Source of the DNA: Acidobacteriota bacterium
Lineage (GTDB): Bacteria; Acidobacteriota; Thermoanaerobaculia; Multivoradales; UBA5704
NCBI GenBank assembly: GCA_040005235.1
Contig: JBDTZG010000003.1
Coordinates: 128,001 to 192,000 of the forward strand
Length of the DNA: 64,000 bases
Reading direction: 5' to 3'
Below, in pieces: positions 46,751 through 56,838 of this stretch. The notes below the pieces were generated by a model. That model was given only the letters and a program-made list of their open reading frames with translations, ran no database searches and was not told the DNA's origin. A program made the position numbers and the translations under genes. How positions within the stretch are numbered: the first letter of the stretch is position 1; every line of letters begins with the position of its first letter.

Positions 46751-47449
46751 CTAGGCGCGGCGGCTGCCGCCGCCCAAGACACCGGCGCGGAACAGGTAGT
46801 AGACGACAGTCATCAGCGACGAGACGACCGCCGCGACGTAGGTCATGGCGGCGGCGTTCAGCACCCGATCCATCCCCTCGCGCTCCTGGGGCAGAATCAG
46901 GCCGTTGTCCACCGCGAGCTTCTTGGCGCGGGCCGAGGCGTCGAATTCGACCGGCAGGGTGACGATCTGAAACACCAGCACCGCCGAGAAGATCAGAGCG
47001 CCGAGCACGACGATTTTCGGCGAGTGGAAGATCAAGCCACCGAGCATGACGAAGTAGCCGATTTTGGAACCGATGCCCGCGGTCGGCACCAGGGCCGAGC
47101 GCAACCCGAGCGGTCCGTAATGGGTCGCATGTTGGATCGCATGCCCCGCCTCGTGGCAGGCGACGCCGACCGCGGCGATCGACCGCTGGGCGTAGACCGG
47201 CTCCGACAGAGCGAGCGTCTTGGTCGACGGGTCGTAATGGTCAGAAAGCGAACCAGGGTGCGCGACGATGCTTACGTCCGAGATACCCCCGGCCCGCAGC
47301 ATCTCTGCGGCCGCTTGAGCCCCGGTCAATCCCCGCAGGCTCGGCACCTGGGAGTACTTTTTAAACGCCGACCGCGTGCGCCAGCTCGCCCAGAGCGAGA
47401 ACAGGAGCGCGGGACCGACGAAGACGAAATAGATGGGGTCGAAGTACAT
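46751..47449 (-). CDS. YugP-like neutral zinc metallopeptidase, membrane
   Basis: LSDHYDP, ACHEAGHAIQH, TLPVEFDASARA, AAAMTYVAA. Confidence 0.92.
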   Translation of the reverse strand: MYFDPIYFVFVGPALLFSLWASWRTRSAFKKYSQVPSLRGLTGAQAAAEMLRAGGISDVSIVAHPGSLSDHYDPSTKTLALSEPVYAQRSIAAVGVACHEAGHAIQHATHYGPLGLRSALVPTAGIGSKIGYFVMLGGLIFHSPKIVVLGALIFSAVLVFQIVTLPVEFDASARAKKLAVDNGLILPQEREGMDRVLNAAAMTYVAAVVSSLMTVVYYLFRAGVLGGGSRRA

Positions 47450-47602
47450 GGACTTCCTCCTTCGCCGAAGTGTAACAGTTGGCGGGCGACGGGCATTTCA
47501 GGAGGGGAGGGAGGGGCGCGGGTGGCCGTTCGGAGGTTGCCGGAACTACGGCCAGCATGCGCTCCGAAGGCCGAGCTGGTGCTCGGCGGTCCCGGGAAAA
47601 AG

Positions 47603-48019
47603 CTACTCCTCCACGATCTCCCGGCCCCCCTCGCCCGACCTTCGAAGCGAGAAGCGCACGGCTCCGGGGACTTCGAAGGGGAGGCGCTCGGCCCATTCGA
47701 TGAGTTTTAGGCCGGGGCCGGCTAAGAGCTCTTCTAAACCGATGGCTTCTGCCTCTTCGGGCTTCAAGCGGTAGAGGTCGGCGTGGATCAGGCGGCCTTT
47801 CGGGCCTTGGTGCTCGCGGATGAGGGTGAAGGTGGGCGATTGGATTTCGTTCGGATCGATGCCGAGGTGGAGGGCGACACCTCTTGCAAGGACGGTCTTG
47901 CCGGCTCCGAGGTCGCCGTCCAAGAGGAGGGCGGCGTCCGGGGGGAGCGATTCGGCAATCTGGCGGCCGATCGCGACGGTCTCGTCTTCGTTTGCAGAGA
48001 GGAAGCGCCGGGCGGCCAT
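47603..48019 (-). CDS. tsaE: tRNA t6A biosynthesis ATPase
   Basis: GDLGAGKT, SPTFTL, HADLYRL, IEWAER. Confidence 0.95.
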   Translation of the reverse strand: MAARRFLSANEDETVAIGRQIAESLPPDAALLLDGDLGAGKTVLARGVALHLGIDPNEIQSPTFTLIREHQGPKGRLIHADLYRLKPEEAEAIGLEELLAGPGLKLIEWAERLPFEVPGAVRFSLRRSGEGGREIVEE

Positions 48020-48024
48020 CGGGT

Positions 48025-49584
48025 TCACTCCTCGGCGAGGCGGCGAGCGGCGGCGGGGAGATGGTCGATTAGGTCGGAGGCGGCGAGCTTCGCCAGCCCG
48101 GGATCTTCGGTCCCCTGCGACTCGACGGCAAGGTCGCCTGCGAGGCCGTGGAGGTAGACGCCGAGGCGGGCGGCGTCGAGCGGTTCGAGGCCTTGGGCGA
48201 GAAGGGCGGCGAGCAGACCGGTGAGGACGTCGCCCGCTCCGCCCGTCGCCATGCCGGAATTGCCGGTCGGGTTGATCCAAACGCCCGCTTCGCTCGCGAT
48301 CAGCGTCCGGTGCCCTTTGAGGACGACCACGGCGCCGGTTTCGGTCGCGGCGCGGCGGGCGGCGGCCAGGCGATCGGCTTGCACTTCCGGGGTGGATAGG
48401 CCGAGCAGGCGGCCCAGCTCTCCGGGGTGGGGGGTGAGGATCGCCGGGGCGCGGCGGGCGACGAGGTCGGAGGCGGCACCCGCGAAGGCGTTCAGCCCGT
48501 CGGCGTCGAGTACAAACGGTATTTCGGTTTCGAGCGCGATCCGGCGGATTTCGGCCTGCGCTACGGCACTTTGGCCGAGCCCCGGGCCGATCGCGAGGGC
48601 GGTCTTGCCCCGGGAGGCGGCGAGCGCCGCGTCGGCGGCTCCCGCTCCCAGCTCCCCCTCCGGTCCGGCCGGCAGCGCATGCGTCATCGATTCGAGCGAG
48701 CCGAGGTCGACCGTCGGGAGGATCGGCTCCGGCACGGCGACGGTGACCAGGCCGGCTCCGCCACGCACGGCGGCTTTGGCGGCGAGGATCGCCGCCCCCG
48801 ATTTGCCGGGCGACCCCGCGACCAGCAGCGCGTGGCCGGCGCTTCCTTTATGCGCCTCCGCCGCGCGGCGCGGCAGGAGCGGGGCGAGATCTTCTGGGGT
48901 CATCAGGAAGAGATCGCCGTCGGCCTCGTCGATCAGCCAGGGGGGAAATCCCAGCTCGGCGATCGCGAGCGCGCCGCAGGCTTCGGCGGCAGGCGACAGC
49001 ACGTGCGGGATCTTTGGCGCTGCGAACGTGACCGTGAGGTCGGCCACAATGTGGGGCCCGAAGAGGTCGGCGCGGCTTCCCGAAAGACCGCTCGGCACGT
49101 CGACCGCGACGATCGGCAGCCCCAGGTCGCCGAGCGCTTCGACCAGCCGGGCGGGGAACCCTTCAAGCGGCCGGTCGAGACCGATGCCGAAGAGTGCGTC
49201 GACCGCCAGGTCATACCCCTTCGCCCGCGCCAATACCTCAGCGGGATCGGAATCGGCGGCCAAGTCCTCGATCGGCAGCCCAAGTTGCCGGCAGATCGAA
49301 AGCTGCATCGCGGCGTCGCCGACAAACTCGCGCCCGCCGAGCACCAGGAAGATCAGCACCTGAACACCGCGCGCGTCGAGCCGGCGGGCGATCGCGAGGC
49401 CGTCTCCCCCATTGTTGCCCGGTCCGCAGAAGATTGCCGCGGAGGAGGCGTCCCGATAGCGCTCGAAGATCGCTTCGACCACCCCGAGCGCGGCGTTTTC
49501 CATCAATACCAGGCCGGGAATGCCGATCTCGCGGATCGCTCTTTGATCGAGCGCGCGCATCGCCTCGGCGGTCAAAACTTTCAT
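48025..49584 (-). CDS. nnr: Bifunctional NAD(P)H-hydrate epimerase/dehydratase
   Basis: LMENAA, CGPGNNGGDG, DALFGIGL, HKG..G, DADGLN, LTPHPGE, ATGGAGDVL. Confidence 0.95.
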   Translation of the reverse strand: MKVLTAEAMRALDQRAIREIGIPGLVLMENAALGVVEAIFERYRDASSAAIFCGPGNNGGDGLAIARRLDARGVQVLIFLVLGGREFVGDAAMQLSICRQLGLPIEDLAADSDPAEVLARAKGYDLAVDALFGIGLDRPLEGFPARLVEALGDLGLPIVAVDVPSGLSGSRADLFGPHIVADLTVTFAAPKIPHVLSPAAEACGALAIAELGFPPWLIDEADGDLFLMTPEDLAPLLPRRAAEAHKGSAGHALLVAGSPGKSGAAILAAKAAVRGGAGLVTVAVPEPILPTVDLGSLESMTHALPAGPEGELGAGAADAALAASRGKTALAIGPGLGQSAVAQAEIRRIALETEIPFVLDADGLNAFAGAASDLVARRAPAILTPHPGELGRLLGLSTPEVQADRLAAARRAATETGAVVVLKGHRTLIASEAGVWINPTGNSGMATGGAGDVLTGLLAALLAQGLEPLDAARLGVYLHGLAGDLAVESQGTEDPGLAKLAASDLIDHLPAAARRLAEE

Positions 49585-50303
49585 CGGGCCACCTCCGAGG
49601 GAATCGGCGGCACCCTTCCCCACGATTCGAGCAACGCGCGCGTCCGGGGACATCCGAGGTCGGCGCCCTCAAGGCTCCGGGCGAGGCGGGCGAGATCGGC
49701 GGGGGTGTCGCAGTCGGAGCCGGTAGGAAGCAGCTCGACCCGCAGGCCCAGCTCCGTTGCCCGGGCGAGCGTCGCGGCGAGCACCCGCTCGGTGCTCCAT
49801 TCGATCTCGGCGAACAACCGGGGGGAGAGCGCGCGGCGGGCGACCGCGATCAGGTAATAGCCACCGTCGTCGGCCGGGCCGAGCACGACGTCCGCTCCCG
49901 CTTCGACGCGCGCGAACGCCTCTTCTACCGCCGACACGGGGAGCGTCGGATGGTCCGAGCCGAGCGCGGCGACGATTCGATCCGGCCCGCCCGCCGTTGC
50001 CAGGGCGCCGTACAGGCGGGTTCCCAGATCGGCGCCCTGTTGGCGAACGCCGGGAAAGCCGTAAAGATCAGGAATCGACTCCCCTTCGGGCAGGTCGTCG
50101 AGCGCCCAGGCGATGGTGGTCGTAAATGCTCCACCGCGCAGGCGGTCGAGCAGATCCTCGACGAACGCGGCGTGGATCTCAGCCGCCTGTTCTTTCGAGA
50201 GCCCTTCGGGCGGAGCGCCGATCAGCCGGGTCTTTACCCGGCCTGCCCGCGCGGGTTTGGTGAACAGGAGCAGGCGGCGTTCGGATAGGCTCACGAAAGC
50301 CAT
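49581..50303 (-). CDS. Glycosyltransferase A family protein (DUF2064/TIGR04282-like)
   Basis: KP..GRVKTRL, QQGADLG.RL, GSDHP, GPADDGGYYL, WST..VL. Confidence 0.88.
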   Translation of the reverse strand: MAFVSLSERRLLLFTKPARAGRVKTRLIGAPPEGLSKEQAAEIHAAFVEDLLDRLRGGAFTTTIAWALDDLPEGESIPDLYGFPGVRQQGADLGTRLYGALATAGGPDRIVAALGSDHPTLPVSAVEEAFARVEAGADVVLGPADDGGYYLIAVARRALSPRLFAEIEWSTERVLAATLARATELGLRVELLPTGSDCDTPADLARLARSLEGADLGCPRTRALLESWGRVPPIPSEVAR

Positions 50304-50425
50304 TCTACCTATCGGTCGGAGGGGGTAGCGAAATCGAGATCGAGTTGGAGCTAAAATAGGTGAAGGTTCGGCCCCCAGAGCGGCCGGTAAGCGTGCGGGA
50401 GGGGCCGGGGAAAGAGGGGTGTGCG

Positions 50426-50635
50426 ATGACTCAGTGGGAATACAAGATCATCAACATTCGAAGCGAAAACTACCGGCTCGACCCGAACGCCGCCGTGCAG
50501 ATGAACCTGCTCGGCGAAGAGGGGTGGGAGCTGGTCTCGATCACCTCGGTAAACTTCAAGTCCGGCGCGACCGATAACATTGCGATGGTGTTCAAGCGGC
50601 CGACCGGTGCGGCGCCGGCCTCCAGCGCCGCCTAG
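50426..50635 (+). CDS. DUF4177-like small protein
   Basis: QWEYK...N.LGEEGWELVS...FKRP. Confidence 0.8.
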   Translation: MTQWEYKIINIRSENYRLDPNAAVQMNLLGEEGWELVSITSVNFKSGATDNIAMVFKRPTGAAPASSAA

Positions 50636-50850
50636 CGCTTCGGGCGCGTCCGCTTCTTGCGCCAGGCCCAAGCCAGCGCGAAGCCGACGGTCCCGGCCGC
50701 CACCGCAAGCAGCAGCGGCTGCTTTTTCGGCACGATACCGAGATCGCGCGATACCGCGTCGCGTACGGCGAGCGCGCGGCGCTCGGCTTCGCTGCGCGCT
50801 TCGGCGAGCAGCATTTCCGCCCTCTGGCGGCTCTCTTCGAGCGAGCTCAC
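50632..50850 (-). CDS. Small membrane-anchored hypothetical protein
   Basis: Coiled coil, C-terminal TM helix and basic tail; GTGA overlap with upstream gene. Confidence 0.65.
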   Translation of the reverse strand: MSSLEESRQRAEMLLAEARSEAERRALAVRDAVSRDLGIVPKKQPLLLAVAAGTVGFALAWAWRKKRTRPKR

Positions 50851-51317
50851 GGCAGTTCCTCCTCGAAATCATCGTACGGCGGGTCGCTTCGCCTGGATTT
50901 TTTACCTTCGCGAGTTTCGCCGGCATCGGCCGCTTCCGCCGTGGCGAGCAGCCGGCCCTGCACCCAATCGATGTGGTCTTCGAGGCGGCGGCGGGCGACG
51001 CCGATCGGGTTTTCCACCTGGGCGACGCTCTTTTGCCCGAGGGCCGCGAGGCCGGCCGCCACCACGGCGAAGACCAGCGCGACGATCAACCCCGCAGCCC
51101 ACAGCGGCAGCCAGGTCGCAAGGCCGGCGATGGCGGCCACCACCAGCGCGCCGACCGCCCAGAAGCCGAGCGCCACCGCGCCGCCGAACAGGCCGACGCC
51201 ACGCTTCAGGTGATGACCGGAGCGCGCAAAATCATCCTCCAGCCCCTGAAGCTCGGCGCGTAGCACGTCGAGCCACGATTGACCCAGCTCGCGGACCAGC
51301 CTTCCCCAGCCCCCCAC
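50847..51317 (-). CDS. YqjE-like / holin superfamily III membrane protein
   Basis: LVREL..LRAE, two TM helices with LPLWAAGLIV. Confidence 0.75.
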   Translation of the reverse strand: MGGWGRLVRELGQSWLDVLRAELQGLEDDFARSGHHLKRGVGLFGGAVALGFWAVGALVVAAIAGLATWLPLWAAGLIVALVFAVVAAGLAALGQKSVAQVENPIGVARRRLEDHIDWVQGRLLATAEAADAGETREGKKSRRSDPPYDDFEEELP

Positions 51318-51320
51318 GAC

Positions 51321-53054
51321 CTAGCCCCCCACCACGAGGCTGCGGGCGACGAAGGATGTCGTGTTGGCGACGTCGTCGCGCAGGCCGACAGCGACCTTCT
51401 GCTCGCCCGGCCGCATCAACAGGCTCAAGGTGTAGGTGTAGTACTTCTGGCCGATCTTCGGCACCTCGTCGTTGGGGATCCGGATCGGCACCACCGCCTG
51501 CTGTACCTCCGAGACTCCTCCCTGGGAGTCCTGCGCCGCGACGAACAGGCGCGCCGAAGCCTCGCTCTCGGTCTCGCGCGGGATCATGACCAGCTTACCT
51601 AGAGGAATCCGCACGTCGACCGGCACGACGAAGAAACCGTCGGAACGCCGGGTCGGGGTGCCGAAATTGATGTCCACGCCAAGCGGATTGCTCTGAAACG
51701 GGAAGCTGAGCGCGGCGAGCGTGCCGTCGTTCATCTGCGTTTCCGCGGTCTTGTCTCGATAGCCTTCGCGGTTCCTCGCGGTCAGGCCCCTCTTCTTCAG
51801 TTTGACCTTGATCTCATGATACCGGCCGTCGCCCGAATGCTGCGGCGAGTAGCCGAGTGAATAGTAGGTGCGAAAGTCGTCGGCGATCTTTTCCAGGCCG
51901 GGCAGGAAGGCGTTGGTGTTGAAGATCGTTTTGCCGCCGGTTTCGTCGGCCATCAGGCGGATCGAGCTCTGGACGTTCTGGATCTGGATCTGGTCGATGA
52001 ACACGCCCTGGCCGGGCGTCTGGTTTTCGGCCGAGATCGAGGAATAGCCGCGCAGACCCGCGGCGTCGATCGTGTAGAACGTGACGCGGTTGGCGTTGGC
52101 GGTCGAGGTCAGCTCGCGGAAGCGGCGCGAGGTGTCGTAGTCGAAGGACTCGGTGATGCCGGTCGTGTCCTTGAATTTCTCCTGTACCGCGTAATAGACG
52201 TCCTGGCCGACGATCAATTGCAGGCCGTCGCTCACATAGATCACGGCTTTCCGGCCCGGCATGCCGGCCAAACCGTTGACGATGTCGCGCAGAGCGTCGA
52301 TCGAGAAGGCGAGGTCGTTGTATTGCGATTCGGCGTAGGAGCGGGCGTAGCCGAGCGCCTCGCTCGCGCCCTGCGCGTCCTCGATCCGCTGGAGCGCGTC
52401 GCGCCGCTCGGAATCGGCGCTGGTGCCCTGAGCCGAGATCTTTTCCATCGCCACGAGCTGCGAATTGATCAGGCTGGGATCGCTGGTCAGCTGCTGACGG
52501 ACATGCACCGACCGGTCGTAGGAGACCAGCATCATCAGGTCGTCGCGCCGCAGCTTGGTGTTCAGAAACACCCGCAGATCCTTGAGCACCCGGTTGCGGT
52601 TGAACGGCCGAAGGTTGACGTTGTCGACGTAGACGATCAGCACCAGCCGCTGGTCTTCCGGATTCGGCAAGGTCGCCGAGACCTCGGGCGCCGGTGCCGG
52701 GGTTTCCCCGTTGGGCACCACCAGCAGGGGCGCGCCGGTGGTCACCGGCTTGCCTTCGTCCATCGAGAAGAAGTTGGTGATCGCCATCGGCCGGCCGTCT
52801 TCGAAGATCTGGAAATCGTCGCGGTTAAGGCCCTTCACGCGATTGCCCTTCGAATCGGTGACGTAGACGTCGACGTTGACGACGCTGACGTTCACGGTCT
52901 CGCCGATGAAACCGCCGGCCACGTCCGCCGGCTTCGATTTGTCGGCGGGCTTGGCGGCGGGCGGGGGGGCCGGTTTCGCCTGGGCTACGCCCGACCCCGC
53001 GGCGCAGAGGGTGAAGACCAACAGGGCGGCGGCGGTTTGCAAAACTCTCTTCAT
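51321..53054 (-). CDS. VWA domain protein (acidobacterial VWFA type), secreted
   Basis: VNVDVYVTD.KG..V.GL..DDF, PGRKAVIYVSDG, YTIDAAGL, ADETGG, YYSLGY. Confidence 0.9.
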   Translation of the reverse strand: MKRVLQTAAALLVFTLCAAGSGVAQAKPAPPPAAKPADKSKPADVAGGFIGETVNVSVVNVDVYVTDSKGNRVKGLNRDDFQIFEDGRPMAITNFFSMDEGKPVTTGAPLLVVPNGETPAPAPEVSATLPNPEDQRLVLIVYVDNVNLRPFNRNRVLKDLRVFLNTKLRRDDLMMLVSYDRSVHVRQQLTSDPSLINSQLVAMEKISAQGTSADSERRDALQRIEDAQGASEALGYARSYAESQYNDLAFSIDALRDIVNGLAGMPGRKAVIYVSDGLQLIVGQDVYYAVQEKFKDTTGITESFDYDTSRRFRELTSTANANRVTFYTIDAAGLRGYSSISAENQTPGQGVFIDQIQIQNVQSSIRLMADETGGKTIFNTNAFLPGLEKIADDFRTYYSLGYSPQHSGDGRYHEIKVKLKKRGLTARNREGYRDKTAETQMNDGTLAALSFPFQSNPLGVDINFGTPTRRSDGFFVVPVDVRIPLGKLVMIPRETESEASARLFVAAQDSQGGVSEVQQAVVPIRIPNDEVPKIGQKYYTYTLSLLMRPGEQKVAVGLRDDVANTTSFVARSLVVGG

Positions 53055-53112
53055 CGGGTCTCTCTTCTCGATTCTCTGACGGCCAAGGGCATTATATGAG
53101 GCTTGACCGGGC

Positions 53113-54789
53113 TCATTTCGGAGGCGTGATCTCGACCTGCGCCGCGAGCAGGCGACCGCTCGCCGGATCGAAGATCGACAGCACCAGCTTTTGCCGGATC
53201 TTGCGCAGCTTGATCGTCGTGTCGTAGCGCAGGAAGCCGCCCGCCTGCGGCGCCTTGACCGTGGTGACCACCAGCGGCGTCACCGGCACGTCGGAGCGAT
53301 TGCCTTTTTCGTCCACCGCCGCGGCGCGCAGCTCCAGCTGCGCTTTGTACTTGCCGTCGATCGGCAGCATCGTGATCGCGTCGACCGGGATCGCCAGCGT
53401 CAAAGGTACGCTGATCTCCCGCTTCGCTGCGGGCTTGATCGCGCCGACCTGGACGGGCATCGATTCGCTCCCCGGCGGGTTGCCGAAGAAGAGCGCGCTT
53501 TCCACCATCAGCGAGACCTCGGTCGACTTCGAAAGGTCCTTGAAAGAGTCGCGGAAACGCACGGTGAGGCCCGACCGCACCGCCTCAACTTTGATCCGAT
53601 GCCGGATGTCATCCCCCTGGCGATTCGGGGTGAAGCCGAGCCAGTAGAACGACCGGGTATCGCTGGTCGCCTTTTCGAGCGCGTGGAGCGAGTTGCCGTT
53701 CAAGAGCGGCGTGCCGCCGGTCTGCCGGGCGATGAAATCGAGCGAGTCGTGGAGCTGGTTCTCGCGCAGGTTGAGCGCGCTGGTCGAAGGCGCCGGCCCT
53801 TCCTGGCTCGCGTCGGTGACGCTGCTTTCGAGCCCCGGGACGTCGACCGGATAGATCGTATAGCCGAGCAGGTTCGCGGTATCGGAGAGCGGCGAAAACA
53901 GCTTTTCGCCCTCCGGCACGTCGCGCTCCGAGACCGGGCGGTTCGGATCGTTGATCGCGTAATCGGCCGGCGCGTAGGGCCAGCCGCCGGAGAGCAACAG
54001 CATGACTTTCCGCCCCGGCGGCGAGGCGAAGCCGCGGAGCGTCGTCACCGCGGCCGATACCGAACGCTCGACTTGGCTCGCGAGCCCCTCCGCGTACTGC
54101 AGCTCGTCGATCTCCAGCCGGGTGTTGAGCCGGGTTTCGCGATCGCCGAAGAAACCGGTCACTTGGCGCCGCGAGGTCTCGAAGCTGCGCAGCTCGGCCA
54201 CCCGTTCGAGGCCATGGGCGCGGCGCACGAGCGCCTGGTCGAACGCGCGGGACAGGGCGTTGGCGGAGGACGACCAGGTGGAGAGCATGTCGACGCTCTT
54301 GCCGTCGAACGCCACGATCGCCATCCGATCCTGCGGCCCCAGGCGCGACAGGTTGTCCTTGAACGAGCGGATCACCTTGTCGCGCTGTGCCGCTATCGAG
54401 AAGTAGTCGTCGATGAACACCAGGTAGCTGGTGCCGACGTCGCTGCCCGGAGCGAGGCCCGCGAGGCCGGGCACCGGGGAGCTGGTGGCGGCGGAGCCTT
54501 CGGCGTCCGTCGAGGCCACCGCGATCGCCTGGCCGCCGCGCACCTCGGTGAAGTACTCGATCGGCACCACCTTGCCGTCGACCTTGAGCCGGAAGTCGCC
54601 GGTTTTCAAGTCGGGCACCCGGTTGCCCTGCTTGTCGGTGACGACGACCTCGACGTTGACCACCCGGACTTCGATCAGCTCGCCGAATACCGCCGGGCCG
54701 GCCGATTGTGCCCGCGCGGAAGCGGCAGATAGGAGAACCGCGCACGTCGCGGCAAAGGTCGGTAGGGAAACGGCAATTCGGTGGCGCAT
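53113..54789 (-). CDS. VWA domain protein (acidobacterial VWFA type), paralog
   Basis: VRVVNVEVVVTDKQG, PGRKVMLLLSGG, ARQTGG, FYWLGF. Confidence 0.88.
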   Translation of the reverse strand: MRHRIAVSLPTFAATCAVLLSAASARAQSAGPAVFGELIEVRVVNVEVVVTDKQGNRVPDLKTGDFRLKVDGKVVPIEYFTEVRGGQAIAVASTDAEGSAATSSPVPGLAGLAPGSDVGTSYLVFIDDYFSIAAQRDKVIRSFKDNLSRLGPQDRMAIVAFDGKSVDMLSTWSSSANALSRAFDQALVRRAHGLERVAELRSFETSRRQVTGFFGDRETRLNTRLEIDELQYAEGLASQVERSVSAAVTTLRGFASPPGRKVMLLLSGGWPYAPADYAINDPNRPVSERDVPEGEKLFSPLSDTANLLGYTIYPVDVPGLESSVTDASQEGPAPSTSALNLRENQLHDSLDFIARQTGGTPLLNGNSLHALEKATSDTRSFYWLGFTPNRQGDDIRHRIKVEAVRSGLTVRFRDSFKDLSKSTEVSLMVESALFFGNPPGSESMPVQVGAIKPAAKREISVPLTLAIPVDAITMLPIDGKYKAQLELRAAAVDEKGNRSDVPVTPLVVTTVKAPQAGGFLRYDTTIKLRKIRQKLVLSIFDPASGRLLAAQVEITPPK

Positions 54790-54957
54790 TCGAGAGATCC
54801 TCCGGGGAGTCTGGTCGCGGGCCATCACGGCACGAAGGAATCCCCTCCCATTCTTCCGCAAGAAGCGTACCCGCAAACCCTCGTCGGCAGACAGACCGTT
54901 CGAACCGAAGAAACGTCCCCCGCCGAGGACGCGGCTGCGGATTGTGCCCTCGCTTCC

Positions 54958-55995
54958 TCAGCGACCGGGTCGGCGCAGCAGGTGGCCGACGATCCGGCCG
55001 CCATGGTCGCGCGAGTTCTCGATGAAGATCCGATCGGTCGTCCGGCCGGCTTGAATGGTACCCGCGACGTAGAGCCCCGGCACGTTCGACTCGCAGGTCG
55101 CAGGATCGAACGCCGGCACCAGCGTCTCGGGTTCGATCGCGATTCCGGAACGGGCGAGCAGGTCCATCTCGGGGCGATAGCCGACCAGAACGTAAACGGC
55201 ATCGGCCGGCAGGAGTTGCCGCGCGGCGTCCGCCTCGGCTCCAACGCCGGCGATCTCGACGAACCCCGACCGGAACGCGCGGACCTCCGATTCGAAGTAG
55301 CCGGGGATCGACCCTTCGGCGATCCGGTTCTCAATGTCCGGCTTGAGCCAATATTTCACCCCCGGCTTGGTCGCCGCCCGGCGGTGGACGAGAGACACTT
55401 TGGCACCGTTGCGCCAGAGGTCGAGCGCCGCCTCGACCGCGGTATTGCCGCCGCCGACGATCACCACCGGCTCGCCGTAGTGCAGATAGGGCTCGAGATA
55501 TCGGGTGTGGACGTGCGGCAGGTCCTCCCCCGGGACGCCCAAGCGGAGAGGGTTGCCGAAATAGCCGGTCGCAAAGACGACCGCCCGCGCCCTGCGGATC
55601 CGCGGCTCACCGATCCGCGGCGAGGCGGCCTCGCAAACCACCCGGAAATCGCCGCCGGGCTCAAGCGCCACCTCGGACACCGATTCGTGGAGGACGAACG
55701 GAATCTTGTGGTGCTCGACCACGAAGCGGTAATAGGCGAGCGCCTGGCGCCGGGTCGGCTTGTCCTCCGGAATCGAAAACGGAACCTCGGCGATCTCCAG
55801 CCGGTCCCGGGTGGTGAAGAACTCCATGAACGTCGGGTACCCCTGGATCGCCGCGGTCAACCCGCCGCGATCGATCAGCAGCACCGAAAGCCCGGCCTTG
55901 CGCGCCTCGGCACCGATCGAAATGCCGGTCGGTCCGGCGCCGATCACCAGCAGGTCGAGAACCTCTTCCTTTCCTTCTACGGCGTCTGTGCTCAA
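54958..55995 (-). CDS. ypdA: YpdA-family putative bacillithiol disulfide reductase
   Basis: GAGPTG, YP..M.FFTT..LEI, KPTR.QALAYY, VKYWLKPDIENRI, ESNVPGLY, IFIENSRDHG; TTG start overlapping thiD stop. Confidence 0.88.
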   Translation of the reverse strand: MSTDAVEGKEEVLDLLVIGAGPTGISIGAEARKAGLSVLLIDRGGLTAAIQGYPTFMEFFTTRDRLEIAEVPFSIPEDKPTRRQALAYYRFVVEHHKIPFVLHESVSEVALEPGGDFRVVCEAASPRIGEPRIRRARAVVFATGYFGNPLRLGVPGEDLPHVHTRYLEPYLHYGEPVVIVGGGNTAVEAALDLWRNGAKVSLVHRRAATKPGVKYWLKPDIENRIAEGSIPGYFESEVRAFRSGFVEIAGVGAEADAARQLLPADAVYVLVGYRPEMDLLARSGIAIEPETLVPAFDPATCESNVPGLYVAGTIQAGRTTDRIFIENSRDHGGRIVGHLLRRPGR

Positions 55996-56807
55996 GCGAA
56001 ACCCTCCCCACGAGCGAAACGATAGAGATGATCGACCGGGCCGGCGCCCTGCCCCAACGGAACCGCCGCAGCAATAGCGCCACGCAAGTACTCGATCGCG
56101 CCGCCGACGGCTTCGGCCAACGCCTCGCCGCGCGCGAGCCGCGCCGCGATCGCCGAAGAGAGAGTGCAACCGGTGCCGTGCGTCGAGCGGCTGGCGATCC
56201 GGCGGTGGACGAAGCGATGAACCCCGTCCGGCGTCCAGAGCAGGTCGATCAACTCGTCCCCGTCTCCGTGCCCGCCCTTGACCAGAACCGCCGGGCCGAG
56301 CGCTCCTATTTCGGCCGCCGCGGCCAAGCGCTCCGTTTCCGTCGCCGACGGCCGGCCGGAAAGCTCTACCAGCTCCGGCAGATTCGGCGTCACGATCGTC
56401 GCGTGCGGCAGCAGCTCTTCCCGCAGGGTGGCTACCGCCTCCTCGGAGAGCAGGCGGGCGCCGCTTTTCGCGATCATCACCGGATCGAGCACGATCGGCA
56501 GACCGGGCCGTGCGTGGAACCGTAGGCGATCGGCCACCGTGCGGACCAGCTCCGGGGTGGCGAGCATGCCGATCTTCACCCCGTCGACCCCCAGGTCCTC
56601 GAACACCGCGTCGATCTGCTGCCCCACGAACTCAGCCGGGGCGCCGTGGACCGCGCGCACCTCGCGCGTGTTCTGGGCGGTGAGCACCACGATCGCGCTC
56701 ATGCCGTAGGCGCCATGGGCGGCGAAGGTCTTCAAATCCGCCTGGATTCCCGCGCCGCCGCCCGAGTCGGACCCGGCGATCGTGAGCAGGCGAGATAGGG
56801 CCGGCAT
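55992..56807 (-). CDS. thiD: Hydroxymethylpyrimidine/phosphomethylpyrimidine kinase
   Basis: TIAGSDSGGGAGIQADLKTF, DPVM.AKSG, TPNLPE, THGTGCTLSSA. Confidence 0.96.
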   Translation of the reverse strand: MPALSRLLTIAGSDSGGGAGIQADLKTFAAHGAYGMSAIVVLTAQNTREVRAVHGAPAEFVGQQIDAVFEDLGVDGVKIGMLATPELVRTVADRLRFHARPGLPIVLDPVMIAKSGARLLSEEAVATLREELLPHATIVTPNLPELVELSGRPSATETERLAAAAEIGALGPAVLVKGGHGDGDELIDLLWTPDGVHRFVHRRIASRSTHGTGCTLSSAIAARLARGEALAEAVGGAIEYLRGAIAAAVPLGQGAGPVDHLYRFARGEGFA

Positions 56808-56838
56808 CGGTTCCGCGGCGCCTCCTTGGAAGAAAACC

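Noticed and set aside
50847-51317. Prophage, suggested by the holin-family and tail-fibre-domain genes
   Set aside because: YqjE-like proteins are common host genes; no capsid, terminase, integrase or lysin is present; the two genes are about 40 kb apart
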